Source: Macrostomum lignano (taxonomy: Eukaryota). Taken from it: a stretch of DNA of 64,000 bases. The translations under genes and the position numbers were made by a program. The DNA lies in the NCBI GenBank assembly GCA_002269645.1, contig NIVC01000365.1:62001-126000 (forward strand). The letters are read 5' to 3'. Below are positions 37,700-51,318 of this stretch, one piece after another (position 1 is the stretch's first letter; each line of letters begins with the position of its first letter). The notes beneath the pieces were generated by a model that was not told where the DNA came from, did no database searches, and worked only from the letters and a program-made list of their open reading frames with translations.

Positions 37700-37975
37700 A
37701 CGAGCTATTCGAAAGCCATATGCCAAGTGTATCAATGCCAAGGGAAAAAAGCCTCAATGTGGGGTTGTGAGGCTGAGCTGTATCTTCTGTTTCCGAGTGG
37801 CCTGTGAGGCGTGGTGACAGCGACGGTGACAGTGATGAGTGAAGAGGACCCCCTTTAGGATTAATTAATAAGCAGGTTCCGAATTCGATGGCTAGCGCCT
37901 CCCTGCTCAGACCGATCAGGTCTTGAATCTTTCCGCCAGCTCTGGAATAAAACCGGCTGTCGCACTGGCAGAAGC
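37700..37975 (+). repeat. Dispersed repeat, second copy at about 45855-46125
   Basis: Shared blocks such as TGTATCAATGCCAAGGGAAAA, GGTGACAGTGATGAGTGAAGAGGACCC and AATTCGATGGCTAGCGCCTCCCTGCTCAGAC in both places, same orientation. Confidence 0.9.
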
Positions 37976-38269
37976 TTCCCTGCGGCCGACCCGGTGGTTA
38001 AGACCTCCAGCCAACAGGCTACAGTTGCCGGCATCCTCCTTAGAGGCAGAAGAGGCGGCTTCCGCTCTCCTCTGTTTTCCACTTTGCGCCGGCGGAATTC
38101 CTGGAAGCGAGCGATGCTACGGGCCTTCTTCTTAGAGATGTGGAGCCTGCTGCCCTGTGGTCGTGTCATTTCGGTATTATGCTGAGTGTCGGCGGGGCTA
38201 TTAGAGTGGGATGCACCAAAAGTTCATAAGTTGCTGCAAAAATCCGCTTGACCAACCGTACCAACCTCG

Positions 38270-41170
38270 GTTGGCGTTCCAGAATAACGACCGTGCGGTG
38301 GCTTAAGCTCTTACCGACCCTACCGCTAGCAACCGAGAAGCTCCCCGCTAGGAGCCCAGCCAGAGGCCGAACCAATGGTCCATCAGCGCGGTGCTTCACA
38401 CCGGGCTCTTGAGAGAGACGAGGAGGCTGCCTACGGAGCCTGCGGACTTGCCGCATACCAAGCAAAGTATTGTGTAACCAAGGCTTGAAGTTTTCCAGTT
38501 GAGTTGAACAGTAAAGTGCTAGGTGCGTACAGTTGCTTTATTTATATTTTTGTTATTTAAGAAAAACTACATGATCGATATTTTAACTACACTAGAAAAA
38601 CTGCACGATCGATAAATTCAAGAGCTAGAGATATCACGTGATTAATAATACATTATACAGATAATTTATCAACTACTCTACTTAAAGTGGCAGTATAAGT
38701 AATAGACAATAATAATAATATAGGTAGCATTTACGTTATAGTAGAAATATTCGTAAAATATTATCTATCATTAAGTTGGTCTGTCAGGTTACACGACACA
38801 ACGCTAAGGTCAGAGGGTAGAATCTGTTTCTAAGAGCCGCAGCTCTGAAGAACACGGCCAAGTCAAAAGCCAAGGCCACGGATAGATTGCCGCCGCCGGA
38901 CCCCTGTCCTACAACTGCCTGAACACGTGCGAGGGGACGCGAACCCTTGGGTCGGCTTGTGAATCAGTTTGGAACCCAAGCCCAAACTTCTCCGGCTATT
39001 GGGTGCAGTTGTGTAGCATCGCAGAAGCCTATCCACAACCCCCTAGCAACTAGTATCCGCTTCTTTCTTCGATTGGCGGATTTCATCAAAGCAAAGTTGA
39101 TCTCTCTTAAATTAATCTCCTACCTCAGTCCCGTGTCTTCCGTTATTTTTTGTGCCATCTCTAGCACTACCATCTGTTATAATGTACATAATGTACAATG
39201 CTCTTCTGTCAGATTTGCGTCCAAAAACAATCTCATACAGTCAGTCATATCGACAGAATTAAGTCTCATTGTTACACCTGAAGACAACTGGAGTTTGAGC
39301 GGACTCGATTTTCGGATGTTGTCTGCTTGGATTTCACTCCATCCATGGCCTGGTAATATCCAGACCACTGATGCCCATCATAGCAAATTGTAAGCAAAGG
39401 ATGGTTGAAATGGAAGATGTCTTGCTGTCTTGTGTCTGCTTGCCTTACAGAGATTAAATAACCACTGATAAAAAACTTATTCTCAGAATATTGTAAGCAA
39501 AACATTTTATTGTTGTCTTCAGTTAGCCATTATATTTTGAAAAATACACCGAAGCGCTACAAGAAAGTCAGTCTGACTAAAATATCTACTTTGAATTTCT
39601 CAATTGTTGCTTCAGTTATGAAATCCAGCTCAGTTTGATGGCGAACTCAGCAGGCGCCGCAGACCAAAAGGGTCAAATTCAATTAGCAATTCAGTTTCAC
39701 ACCTGCAGCATCATCTGCATCGCACGGAGGGCCTTTCAGCTTCCAATGCAATCCGAGGCCATGTGGGAGGCACCGGTCGTCTGCTTGGCTGAGTACACAC
39801 CGTTCGGGTTGAACCTCAAGCAGCGGCCCCACCAGAAGCCGCCGCTCCCATATTTGGTGCTGCAGCTGTAAGAAGCAGCATCGTTGTCCCTGTCGAAGGT
39901 GGAGAACTGCTGGCCTCGATGGTGAAACAAAAAGTCGCAGCTGATGGTGGAGTTGGAGCTGAGGAAGCTGCCGTAGTTCATCCTGTAGTTCGTGCTGGAG
40001 TCTCCGACGGTGAAGTCGAGCCATTCGAACGCGTAGAACTCTCCGGCGAAGGTCAGGGCCTCGACTCTCAAGTTTCTCGAGCTGGTCGCAGTCATATTGT
40101 GGATATTTTCAAGACCTGCAATTTGCGTTGTCACGAAATTGCACGGTTCGAATTCAGAATTTCACCAAGCAGGTAATGCCTTGCATTTGGCACTGAAGAT
40201 CTCACCAGCCCAGAACTCCGTGGCATCTCCGAAGCCGCTGACGTAGTCATCCCAGTTCCTGTTGAAGGCAATTTGACCCGTCTGTCTCTGCTGGAACACC
40301 CAGAATGTCCGGCCGCCGATCCGCTGCCGGTATCCGTGACTCATGACGGGAAAAACTGGAGGGGTGAACGGAGTGCGCGTTGGTCGCATGAGTGCGAGCT
40401 GTTAGTGCAGTGGCAGTGCTGAGTTGGTAAACTTTATCGATTGTATCAACTGCTGGTTTAAATGACTTTCTGGTTCAACTTCAATTTTGTAATGCTCTCG
40501 GACATACGCATTATGCATAGCTATGGGGAGTGTGTGAGGAATGTGTGAAGAGTGTGTAAGAAGTGTATCTGAAGTGCATGGACAGTGCATGGACATGGAC
40601 AGCTTGATTGAAATTCACAGTGCCTAAAGTAGTGACCCTTCTAAAGCAATAGTAGAACTGAATTAGCAATAAGTGTTCACCAGTATTCTTGCGCTTCTAC
40701 TGCACGGTCGCAGCACCGGATGCGGTGTAACAAGCACTGTGGGACAGGACGCAGACTCCGTTGATGAAGCTGTAGGAGAGGCTGTCGCCGGCCTGAGCGC
40801 ATTTCACTGCGCACTCGACGTCGCTGCGAGCGCTCACGGTGACTGAGCTCGCATTGCAGGAGGCGGACGCGGTGACTGCGTCGAACTCGAAGGCTGTTTG
40901 AGAGAGGAGGATTGAGCAGAGGATGAGCTAGGACTCAACTATTCCTAGATATTCCAGGAAACTTACCCTGCTCAGCTGCAAGAGCTGCAGCGAACTGAGC
41001 AACGAGAAGCAGAGTGAGCATGCTTTTGAGCTGCTTGCAGAGCTGATGAGGATTCTGCAGATCTCGAGCCGGTCTCAGGCCGCCGCTTTCGATGTGGCCG
41101 CTAAATAGCCCTGCTGTGTTTGCCGCTCCGCTCCTAGCAACGCAGCGGCAACCGTAGCGCACGACTGTAC
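38270..41170. repeat. Segmental duplication unit, paralogous to about 49520-54690
   Basis: Colinear flanks (CAGCCAGAGGCCGA, CCATCAGCGCGGTGCT, GGCCAAGTCAAAAGCCAA, CATATCGACAGAATTAA) plus the FReD gene. The second copy carries extra insertions at about 49995-50735 and about 52097-53990. Confidence 0.85.
39697..41021 (-). pseudogene. PAN/apple-like + fibrinogen-domain gene copy A with two premature stops
   Basis: Exons 40967-41021 (signal peptide MLTLLLVAQFAAALA), 40681-40893 (PAN-like), 40206-40355 and 39697-40115 (FBG: FWVFQQR, FNRNWDDYVSGFG, FSTFDRDND, GGFWW..C..NPNG). In-frame TAG at 40697-40699 (TGG in copy C) and TGA at 39736-39738 (TAC in copy C). Confidence 0.85.
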
Positions 41171-42949
41171 AGGTAGAACCTGAGTTTCTCTTCTCCCTGC
41201 TCCCGACTATGATTGACTATTTTTATTTGATTGAGACCGGGAATAAACTCGCTCTGCTGACACTTCAGCTCAAGATTCCATCCAGTGGAAGGAAGGCAGC
41301 GTTTTTTAAACGTTGTGATTTTCGCAATACTGCAACTCTATGTGTCTTTAGTTAACCATCAATCAACACAGCTTTGAGTAGTGGTTGTGCCAACAAGGCC
41401 GCACTAACGTATTTCGTCTTGTCTATTTTCTCAGATTCCCAAATCCCATAGTAGACTAATGCGAGTCCTCGTGGTTCATGAGGATGGGGCACAATGACTC
41501 CTGAGAATCTCTTAACTGACTCAAGTAAAAACGAAGGGCTGCTGCAGGCGAGGAAAGCCACACTGTTAGTTGGCTGAGTGACACATTCAATGCGAGGAAT
41601 TGCTTCTTGGTGAGAATTCTGTGAGGACTCTTGAATGAGGATTCCAAATTGCAGCGAGATTCGAACTGAAGGCCAGGACCAGTTTCTGAGTTCTTACTGA
41701 CTGTCAGCCGGTCTTAACCGCTGCTTCAGGACGTCACCTATTTTGCTCACACTGTGAGAGATTTGCTATCACATTCTTTTCTTGCTAGTCTTTAGTAGGC
41801 AATGCCTTATCATGCCCTGTTGCGCGGTACAGCGACTCAAATTTTATAATTACCATACCTAAATGCAGCAAATGGAGCGCAAAACGCAGGCACAGAATTA
41901 AAATTGCAAGTCAACAACAATGATAAAACCGTATTAGCTCCAAACCGGCTTTGTTCCCTGTTTGTTGCTGTCGGAGTCCGCTACAGAGTCCGAAAATGAA
42001 GGCTTTCTGCAGTACATCTGCAGTACGTGAGCAGAAAGATTATAAAGTTAAGATTTCTTGTTAGATTTGCATTTGGCTGAAGGTGTACACAATTGGCTGC
42101 AGAACCAAGTCAATGAAATCTCTCTTCCTCTCTTCTTAAACCCTAAAACCCTCTCCTTCTCTGTACAACTACATCGGGTGAGTGCAGTCTTGGCAAGTCT
42201 TGGCAGCTGAAAGGCACAAAATCCGCACCAAACAGGTGAGTAAAGCAAAGCCCACCTGCTCGTCTGAGTTTGCCAACAGACAGAAAAGAAAAACATGACT
42301 TTGTATGTATAAAATTTATTCAAGAACAAAGCGGTGTTTCTGTGGTAAATGATTTGTTCTTTTGGGCATCATATTCATTTTTTACAAGTAAATAAGCCTG
42401 CCCGACCCCTCATCGGGACTGCCCCACCCCACCTCTGGACCTGCTCAATCCCGCCTTCGGGCCTCCCCATCGCTGATTGGTCTCAAATAGTCTCAAGACA
42501 GCTGGTGCGGAGATAAGGAGTCAAGGGGAGAAAATGATCCCTCTTTTCTCATCCCTTGCTTCCCTTCTGTCCACTGTTTTCCCTCTGCGTCATCATCGCT
42601 ATTCTGTCAGCCATGCTACTCAACAAGCTGGCTTCCCTTTTACTAATCCAGCCTCCAGTATCAAAAGTCGCAGTGAGTTGAGGCGGACAGAGGACTGCGC
42701 GCCCGGCCTGCAGAGCGGGCTGTCCGATGCCCAAATTATTTATGACCGCTTGAAAATGCATCTAATGCATAATATTGAGCATTTTATATTATAGCCGAAT
42801 GATGCCAGGCTGTATGAGAGGCTGTTAGGAGGGCGATAAACAGCTGAAAAATATCGTGTGGAAAAGTGACGGACTTGCTGGCATGCGCATCTCAACCCCT
42901 GTGTGATTATCTTTGACCAGTCTGTCAAATGATGATGATGCGTATGATT

Positions 42950-43027
42950 ATGATTATTATGATTATGATTATGATTATGATTATGATTATTATGATTATG
43001 ATTATGATTATGATTATGATTATTATG
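42950..43027. repeat. (GATTAT)n microsatellite
   Basis: Direct reading; gives the YDYD pseudo-ORF. Confidence 0.9.
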
Positions 43028-43627
43028 TCTCTCTGGAGCCGTTAACGCCAGGAGCCATTGACTGTTGCACCTCGACGACCCCTGGTTCGATTTCGCAACA
43101 CCTCTTAGCTACGCTTTGCCATCTTTGTGTCAGACTGCACAGAATTCATAACTGAAAACACCAGGACGAAATGCAGAAACAAACTTTTATTGGTTTACTT
43201 CGTTGGGACAAAAGCCCCTTTTTTATAGTAGAACACAATAACTGAATAGAACAGGTGATGCTGATCTCACTTTATTAACTACTGTATGCTCATAAAGCTT
43301 GAGTTATTATCAATAGAAAACAAATAGAATCGGAATGCAGCTTTAATGTGATGATTTAGCTGGCATAGCAAGGTACAGAAAGGCATACTCACGCAAAGGA
43401 AATTTCTAGACATCTAAAGTAATGAATATTAACATACTTCGTGCTTGAATAAAAATTCATAAATATTTTAAACCTTGCGGCTGAGCTTGGAACCGGATAA
43501 TTAAAACAGAAAATCGCAATTTGAATTTTTCAAGTTTAATAAAATGTAAAAAAACACTCTTTGCTGACTAGTAGTCACTGATTACTTTGTTTTCAATAAC
43601 GTTTCTAAAGAATTTGCCTTTGAGAAT

Positions 43628-44873
43628 TCACACCTGCAGCATCATCTGCATCGTGCGGGGGGTCTCGTAGCCCCTAATGCAATTCGAGTGTATGAAGGAG
43701 TGACCGGTCGTCAGCGTGGCTGAGTACACACCGTTCGGGTTGGAGTTCATGCAGCCGCCCCACCAGTAGCCGCCGCTCCCATACTCGGTGCTGCAGCTGT
43801 AAGGAGCAGCGTCGTTGTCCCTGTCGAAGGTGGAGAACTGATGGCCTCGAGCTACCGACAAGAAGTCGCAGTTGGTGGTGGAGTTGGCGCTGAGGAAGCT
43901 GCTGTAGTTCATCCTGTAGTTCGTGCTGGAGTCTCCGACGGTGAAGCTGAGCCACTCGAACGCGTAGAATTGTCCGTCGAAGGTCTGGGCCTCGACTCGC
44001 AGGTTTCGAGGGTTGGTCCCAATCATACTGTGGATGTTATCGAGTCCTGCAATTTGAATTGTCAAAACTTGCAGATTCGCCAAGTTGAGCTCACACAGAC
44101 ATTGTTTTACACCCAGCACATGGGATGCTCACCAGCCCAGAACTCCGTGGCATCTCCGAAGCCGCTGACGTAGTCATCCCAGTTCCTGTTGAAGGCGATT
44201 TGACCCGTCTGTCTCTGCTGGAACACCCAGAATGTCCGGCCGCCGATCTGCCGCAGGTATCCGGCCGAAACATCTGGAGTGGTTGGTGCAGTGCGCTTTT
44301 TTTTCTTCTCAACTTGCTGCTATTGGGCAGCAAGAAGCAAAAGTGTTTAGTCGGAAAAGTTTTCATCTAGGTTTGATTTTGCAGATTTTTTCAGCTTTAA
44401 GAGTAGCGATGCAGGGTCTGCGTGCTCTCAAGCTTCAGAAAGAGTCCACGACTTGACTTGATGTCAGTCGAGTCAAGTCGTCAGTCGCTGCCCCTGTTTG
44501 CAGTCGAAAAAATAACCTGAAATATTCACCCGGTCCCACGCGTTTCTTCCGGTACACGGTTGCAGCACCGGATGCGGCGCAGTCAGCCCTGTCGGACAGG
44601 ACACAGACTCCGTTGATGAAGCCGTAGGAGAGGCTGTCACCGACCTGAGCGCACTTCACGGCGCACTCGATGTCGCTGCGAGCGCTCACCGTGACCGAGC
44701 TCGCATTGCAGGAGGCGGTCGCGGTGACTGCGTCGAACTCGAAGGCTGTTTGAGAGAGGAGGGTTGAGTAGAGGAGAAGCTAGGACTCAACTATTCCTAT
44801 ATATTCCAGGAAACTTACCCTGCTCAGCTGCAAGAGCTGCAGCGAACTGAGCAACGAGAAGCAGAGTGAGCAT
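43628..44873 (-). CDS. Secreted PAN/apple-like + fibrinogen-related-domain protein, copy B (intact, 276 aa)
   Basis: Exons 44819-44873, 44530-44745, 44133-44273 and 43628-44046; all junctions are phase-1 GT-AG; 831 nt open. PAN-like SDIECAVKCAQ...YGFINGVCVLS; FBG motifs as in copy A. Confidence 0.9.
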
Positions 44874-46339
44874 GCTTTTGAGCTGCTTGCAGAGCTGATG
44901 AGGATTCTGCAGATCTCGGGCCGGTCTCGGGCTGGGCCGGGGCCGCCGCTCCCGCTGTAGCCGCTAAATAGCCCTGCCGTGTTTGTCGCTCCGCTCCTAG
45001 CAACGCAGCAACAGCCATCTCAGTCTGAGCGCCATCACTTCATACAGGCTATAATGGCTTTTCATTCCTGCTCATCGGAATTGAATTTTTAAACCAACTG
45101 GGAAAGGACTAGGAGCCCCTTGAGTCCTACAGTCATGCGTTGGTTTGTGACTGGTTTTGACTAGTCTCAAACCAGTTTTAAACCCATTTCATTTGCACTG
45201 CCAAGTGTCGCCTTGTTCTATGTCCGCTTTGTGGGGGGTGGTTGCCTGGTGGGGTGGGCTTTAGCCTCTGTGTCGTCGCCCTTTTATTTGCGTCTCGCTC
45301 TGTTTACTCAGCGTTTTTGGGTGCCTGAGTGAGCTCAAAAAGGTTGCTTCCACGCACCCCCTTTCGTGCCAATTCTGCTCTTGAATCTTCTTTAGGGTTA
45401 ATACTCTCATAAATGTGCAGCTGCTGACCGCTGATTGGTCAGATAAAACATTGGAGAGATAGCTCGTACCATCTCTCCTCTCTCACCCTGTCCCGTTGTC
45501 TCCTAGTACTACTTGTCCCCATCTCCCCTTTATACTCTTCTCTCCTATCTTCTCGGGGTCAACTGGTACAGTGACTGCTGTCATAATTTCACAATACATA
45601 ACTGGCTTCTAGTTTTTACGGAGTATCGATTTCGTAACAATCGATAAATAACCGATTTCGATTGCTAAAGAATAGAGAAAAACTACGTAGCTGGAATCCA
45701 CTGTCCGCAATAACGCAGCAAGCCATGACGCATCCAACCGACAAGTCCACAGTTGATGGACATCAAGGACTGCAGTTAAAGCAATCAGCAAGCACAAGAA
45801 AGTTTGCGACAAACTGAATTCATGCTGGGATTTTTCAATTACCAGCTTAACCTGCTATTCGAAAGTCAAGATATGCCGGGTGTATCAATGCCAAGGGAAA
45901 ATGCCTTAATGTGGGGTTTTGAAGCTGCATCTTCTATTTCCGAGTGCTCCGTGAGGCCCGATGACAGCAACGGTGACAGTGATGAGTGAAGAGGACCCTC
46001 TTTGAGGTTAATTATTGAGTCGATTCCAAATTCGATGGCTAGCGCCTCCCTGCTCAGACTCAGGTCTTGGATTTGGCCGCCCGCTCTGGAATAAAACCGG
46101 CTGGCGCACTGGCCGAAGCTTCTCTAGCTCCCGATGGTTGAGACTTCCAGCCAACAGGCCATGGGCTTGCCTTGCTGCCTAGCTGACACACAGCCCTTCC
46201 CTGCTACCCTCATCACAGCCTACTACCTCACTGCAGGCTTGCCTTACTTCACAGCTACCCTCATCGCAACCTATAGTGCATCATCGCACGGGCCCAGCCG
46301 GTCAGAGAGACAAGCTTTGCAGGAGCTTGAGCCTCAAAC

Positions 46340-46566
46340 AGGCTCAGGCGGGATCAGACGGGCTCATGCGCGATCAGACGGGCTCAGGCGGGATCAGATG
46401 GGCTCAGGCGGGATCAGACGGGCTCAGGCGGGATCAGACGGGCTCAGGCGGGATCAGACGGGCTCAGGCGGGATCAGACGGGCTCAGGCGGGATCAGACG
46501 GGCTCAGGCGGGATCAGACGGGCTCAGGCGGGATCAGACGGGCTCAGGCGGGATCAGACGGGCTCA
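46340..46566. repeat. 20-bp minisatellite (GGGCTCAGGCGGGATCAGAC)
   Basis: About 11 copies. Confidence 0.95.
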
Positions 46567-47223
46567 AATCCAGCTTAAAGTCCTTCAAGCGACTGCCGAA
46601 TACTTTGTTTTTCTATCATTGTAAATATTGCCAGAAGTACACCGAACGTAAGTAGATGTATATAATTGATCAATCTAACGATATACAACTTCAACACTCT
46701 ACCGACCAATCAGGGGCAGCCCTATAAACAGCTAGTTAGGGCCCCCTCCTGCAAACTCGAGGGGGCCATCGAATCCACTGATGAAGAACTGCTGGCAGCT
46801 GCAATTACCGACGACATATGGACAGCCTGATCTGCATCGGCAACGATATTGACAGTTTCATCTTTTTTCAAGGGCAGTATCTGACACCTACTATGACCTG
46901 TCTGATGGGCAAGGGCCGCCTCCCTCCTGACCAGACAGACAATGCACTGAAAGCATCACTGACTCAGCGATGAGGCAGCGATGAGACCTTCACTCATCCG
47001 ACATGACGGATAAATTATATATGAATGTTTTCGAACGCGAATCTGACAGGAAGAGTACAAATTCGGGCTATATGTACATTGTAACAGATATTATATAGTA
47101 TTATGACATAATATTATATTATAACATTTTAGTATGGAGATTCACAAAAGGATTAGCAAAAGACACGGGACATAGATGGCAGGTAAAAAAAGAGAGATTG
47201 CCTGGTTGCCTGGGGGTTGTGGA

Positions 47224-47238
47224 TTCATCATCATCATG

Positions 47239-47299
<61 letters not shown>

Positions 47300-48170
47300 C
47301 CACCACCACCATCATCATCACCACCATCATCATCATCATCACCACCACCATCATCATCATCATCAAAATCACCACCATCATCATCATCATCAAAATCACC
47401 ACTACCATCATCATCATCATCATCACCACCACCATCATCATCATCATCAAAATTACCACTACCACCATCATCATCAAAATCACCACCACCATCATCATCA
47501 TCATTATAATCATCATCATCATCATCATCACCACCACCATCATCATCATCATCAAAATCACCACTACCACCATCATCATCATCAAAATCACCACCACCAT
47601 CATCATCATCATTATAATCATCATCATCATCATCATCACCACCACCATCATCATCATCATCAAAATCACCACTACCACCATCATCATCATCAAAATCACC
47701 ACCACCATCATCATCATCATTATAATCACCATCATCATCATCATCACCACCACCATCATCATCATCATCATCAAAATCACCACCACCATCATCATCATCA
47801 TTATAATCACCATCATCATCATCATCACCACCACCATCATCATCATCATCAAAATCACCACTACCATCATCATCATCATCATCATCACCACCACCATCAT
47901 CATCATCAAAATCACCACTACCACCATCATCATCATCATCACCACCACCATCATCATCATCATCAAAATCACCACTACCATCATCATCATCATCATCACC
48001 ACCACCATCATCATCATCAAAATCACCACTACCACCATCATCATCATCAAAATCACCACCACCATCATCATCATCATTATAATAATCATCATCATCATCA
48101 TCACCACCACCATCATCATCATCATCAAAATCACCACTACCACCATCATCATCACCACCACCATCATCAT
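47224..48170. repeat. (CAT/CAC)n trinucleotide array with higher-order AAA/TAC interruptions
   Basis: About 950 nt; gives the poly-His, poly-Ile and poly-Met pseudo-ORFs. Confidence 0.95.
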
Positions 48171-48399
48171 CTTTTCAGGACTGACTGAAAGCAATAAGGG
48201 AAGCAAGGGATGAGAAAAAGAGAGAGAATTTTCTCCCGTTAGTAGTTGTCAGGAGGAGGCTTTCAGGACAGAATTTTTCACTGCCTCCACAATCCCGCAA
48301 ATTCTCTCAAATTATCTCCCAGGTTATCCCAAATTCGTGTCAGAGGCAGGAAGGCGCAGACTGGAAAGAGTTGCACTAAAGCAAAAAGCAACTAACAAA

Positions 48400-48900
48400 G
48401 CAGTGTAAAGCCTAAACAGAGTCAGAGGAGCGAAGGTAGACAGTGGCTGGTGAGCTGAGCTGTTGCCGCAAACACTTGATGAAGCGGAAAGTCGAATCGC
48501 TTTGCCAAGTCCCCCTAGTGACATGACTTCTGGCACCGATGCTCCGGGGCCATTGAAAAAAGTGGCACCGCCCTGTGCAGCGAATGTCCTGAGATCGCTG
48601 CTCCACGGTCGAAACCTGCCGCTTGAGTCAGCTGCCTCGCTGACCAGATCGGATCGATAGCAGAATCCAGGAACCGGGAAGGCGTGGCGTCCAGCCCTGG
48701 TGGTGGCATTCAGAAAACTGAATGGTCTTGCTGGGCCCGATCCGCACCTCCATTTCATCTTCTTCTTCTCCGAAGAAGTCTTTCGACCAGTTGATGCCCA
48801 TCCAGTCCGACGTGGTCGATTGAGAAATCTGTGACCAATGATGGCTTTGCCGGCTTGGGCTGGGGTTCACAGGCCTGCATGCAGTCCCCTCATCGTGCAT
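48400..48900 (-). mobile_element. DIRS-type tyrosine recombinase C-terminal (catalytic) fragment, frameshifted
   Basis: MEVRIGPSKTIQ (SKTDQ-like motif), SGHSLHR/GGATFF (H-S-x-R-x-G-G-A-T box broken by a 1-nt frameshift at about 48570) and GTWQSDSTFRFI (G-x-W-x-S...Y box with Phe at the catalytic Tyr position). Confidence 0.7.
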
Positions 48901-48944
48901 GAGAACTGCCCTAAGGTCAGCTGTCTTGACTTACTTGACTAGGT

Positions 48945-49190
48945 TGCATTGGACGCTTGAAGGCCCTCCGTGCGATGCGGATGCTGCTGCAGGTGTGATG
49001 CCGCTTCATTAACTTTTTGACCATTGCTGAGTTCGATATCAACCTGAGACAAATTTCATAACTGAAACAATAATTGAGAAAGTCAAAGTAGACATTTTTA
49101 GTTAGACTGACTCTTCTGGTAGCGCTTCAGTATTTGTCAAAATAAAATAACTGAAGACAATGATAGAATGTTTTGCTTACAATATTTTAA
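48945..49190 (+). pseudogene. Inverted 3' fragment of a fourth FReD copy
   Basis: + strand CIGRLKALRAMRMLLQV* (48945-48998) matches the FReD C-terminus CIGSYKALRAMQMMLQV*. It is followed by the reverse complement of the 3' flank seen at about 39490-39660. Confidence 0.85.
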
Positions 49191-51318
49191 AAGTAAAGTT
49201 TTCAATATTTTTTATACGTTGTACGAGCCGAGGTACTCGTTGGTGAGCCTGTCCTGAGTAAAGGCGGGGCATTCACAGATGAAGTGCTCCGCATTCTCAA
49301 CACCGGAGAAGAGGCAGAATGGGCATTCCTCACTGCGCCAACTCATTGCTGGGGTGGCCAGCGTGCTCAAAGATCGAGCTTAGAGACACCCCAGCTTGGA
49401 AAGATGGACCGTCCAGATCCAAAGGGACGAAGTGAATGTTTTAAACACTCCATTATATGTCGCTAAAAGGCGAATGGATACTAAGGTGAGAGGCTGCTGG
49501 GCCATAACCCCAAACTCAACAGCCAGCCATAAGATTGCAAACGGGGTTGGCCTAAGCCCTTAACGGCCCTACCGCTAGCGAACGAGAAACTACCCGAATA
49601 AGAGCTCAGCCAGAGGCCGAGCCAACGGTCCATCAGCGCGGTGCTACACTGGCCCTTGAGACAGACAGGGAGGCTGTCTCCGGAGCCTGCGGACTGGCCG
49701 CATACCATGTTACGTTCGGAGGGGAAAACCAGGCCAAGTCAAAAGCCAAAGCCATGGATGAGTTGCCGCCGCCGGAGCCAGTCAGTCCAGCAGCTTTAGT
49801 GCTACCTTGACAACATGCGGGACGCGAACTTCTGGGTCAGACTGTGAGTCAGCTTAGAGAAACTTCTCCGGCCATTCCTACACCGTAACAGAGGGGGTCC
49901 TATCCACAACCCCCTAGCAACCAGTATTCGCTTCTTTCTTAGCTTTCTTACCGAATTTTATCGTCGCAAAGTTGATAGAATCTGAGTTTAATGTTATCTC
50001 ATGTCTTTGTTGCCTTTTCTGCTCCGTCCGTGCGGACCGCAAATGGGATAACGGGATAACGGGATCCGAGGGAGATGCGGATGAGGAGGCTGTGAGCAGG
50101 TAGCCACTCAGCAGCAGCAGAGGTGAGCACGGGTCTGGAGGCGTACAGACACTTCGCAGACCCGAAGGAAGACGGTGGCGAGAGAAGTGGATAATGGAGA
50201 CGGGACAAATTAACGAAAGCGAACACTGTCTTACCGGGCGGGGTCACTTGTCGCGCTCATGCAGGCGTGGCCTCTAATATTTTATTCTGCTCAACCAATG
50301 GTGTAGTTTCGCAAGCACAACGTTCGTAGTGGTAGAGAGAGAGGAGCGCGGGGAGAGCCGGGCGAGGGCCGCGCGCGCACATAAATACTGGGTGAGCACT
50401 GAGCAGGGGACTGGGCGGGCAGTTGACTGCCAGCCTTCGAGCTGGTCCATCCAGCAGGGACAGGCGGCAGAAGGTTGGCATCAAGAGCTACAGCTGCTGG
50501 GCCACATCGCCAGGCGGTGCCTGAAGGCGATCGGCAGTAGTTGCAGCCGGTGCTCAGGCAAGGGCCACACCGCAGCAGTGCCCGCCACCTGCTGGCCAGC
50601 CGCAGGGAAATTCATTCAATTCTCATTCACGGTTTGATAAGGCACGCACCAAAAAGTTAGTCTGTGTTCTGGAATTTCGTCTGCCTGTGTTGCTTCGTTT
50701 CAGCAAAGCAAAAATGTCTGGGGAGGGTATTCCCACTGCCAACTGTTCTATTGTACATGTAGCCCCCTCTTCTTGCCAGATTCGCGTTCGAAAACATATG
50801 TAACTTATATAATTTATCAGTCATATCGACAGAATTAACGTTCATTATTACACCAGACTTCAAGAGTTTAAGTGGCCTCGACTTACGGATGTTGTTTGTT
50901 TGGATTTCACTCCATCCGTGGCCTGGTAATTTCCAGACCATTTCAATGCCCATCATAAAAAAATTATAGGCGAAGGATGGTTGAAATGAAAGACGACTTG
51001 TGTCCGCTTGCCTTACACAGACCAGGAGCAAAGGACCACTGTATATAATTATATACAGTAGTCCTTCACCATGAGTACCACGAATGAAAAATCATGAAAA
51101 ATTTATTCTCAGAATATTGTAAGTGAAGCATTCCATCGTTGACTTCAGTTATTTTATCTTGAAAAAACACTAAAGCGCTCGCTATCAGAAGAGTCAGTCA
51201 GTCTGATAAAATTTGAGTTTCTCAATTGTTGCTTCAGTTATGAAATTCAGCTCAGATTGATGTCGAACTCAGCAATGCGCCACAGACCCGAAAGGTAAAA
51301 AAAGTTAACGAAGCAGCT

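Noticed and set aside
39177-39368. Small ORF PGHGWSEIQ... conserved with 50657-51031
   Set aside because: The similarity is explained by the segmental duplication; starts, ends and lengths differ and no domain is recognisable.
46740-46768. GGCCCCCTC...GAGGGGGCC hairpin as a Helitron end or terminator
   Set aside because: No CTRR terminus or U-tract follows, and there is no associated element.
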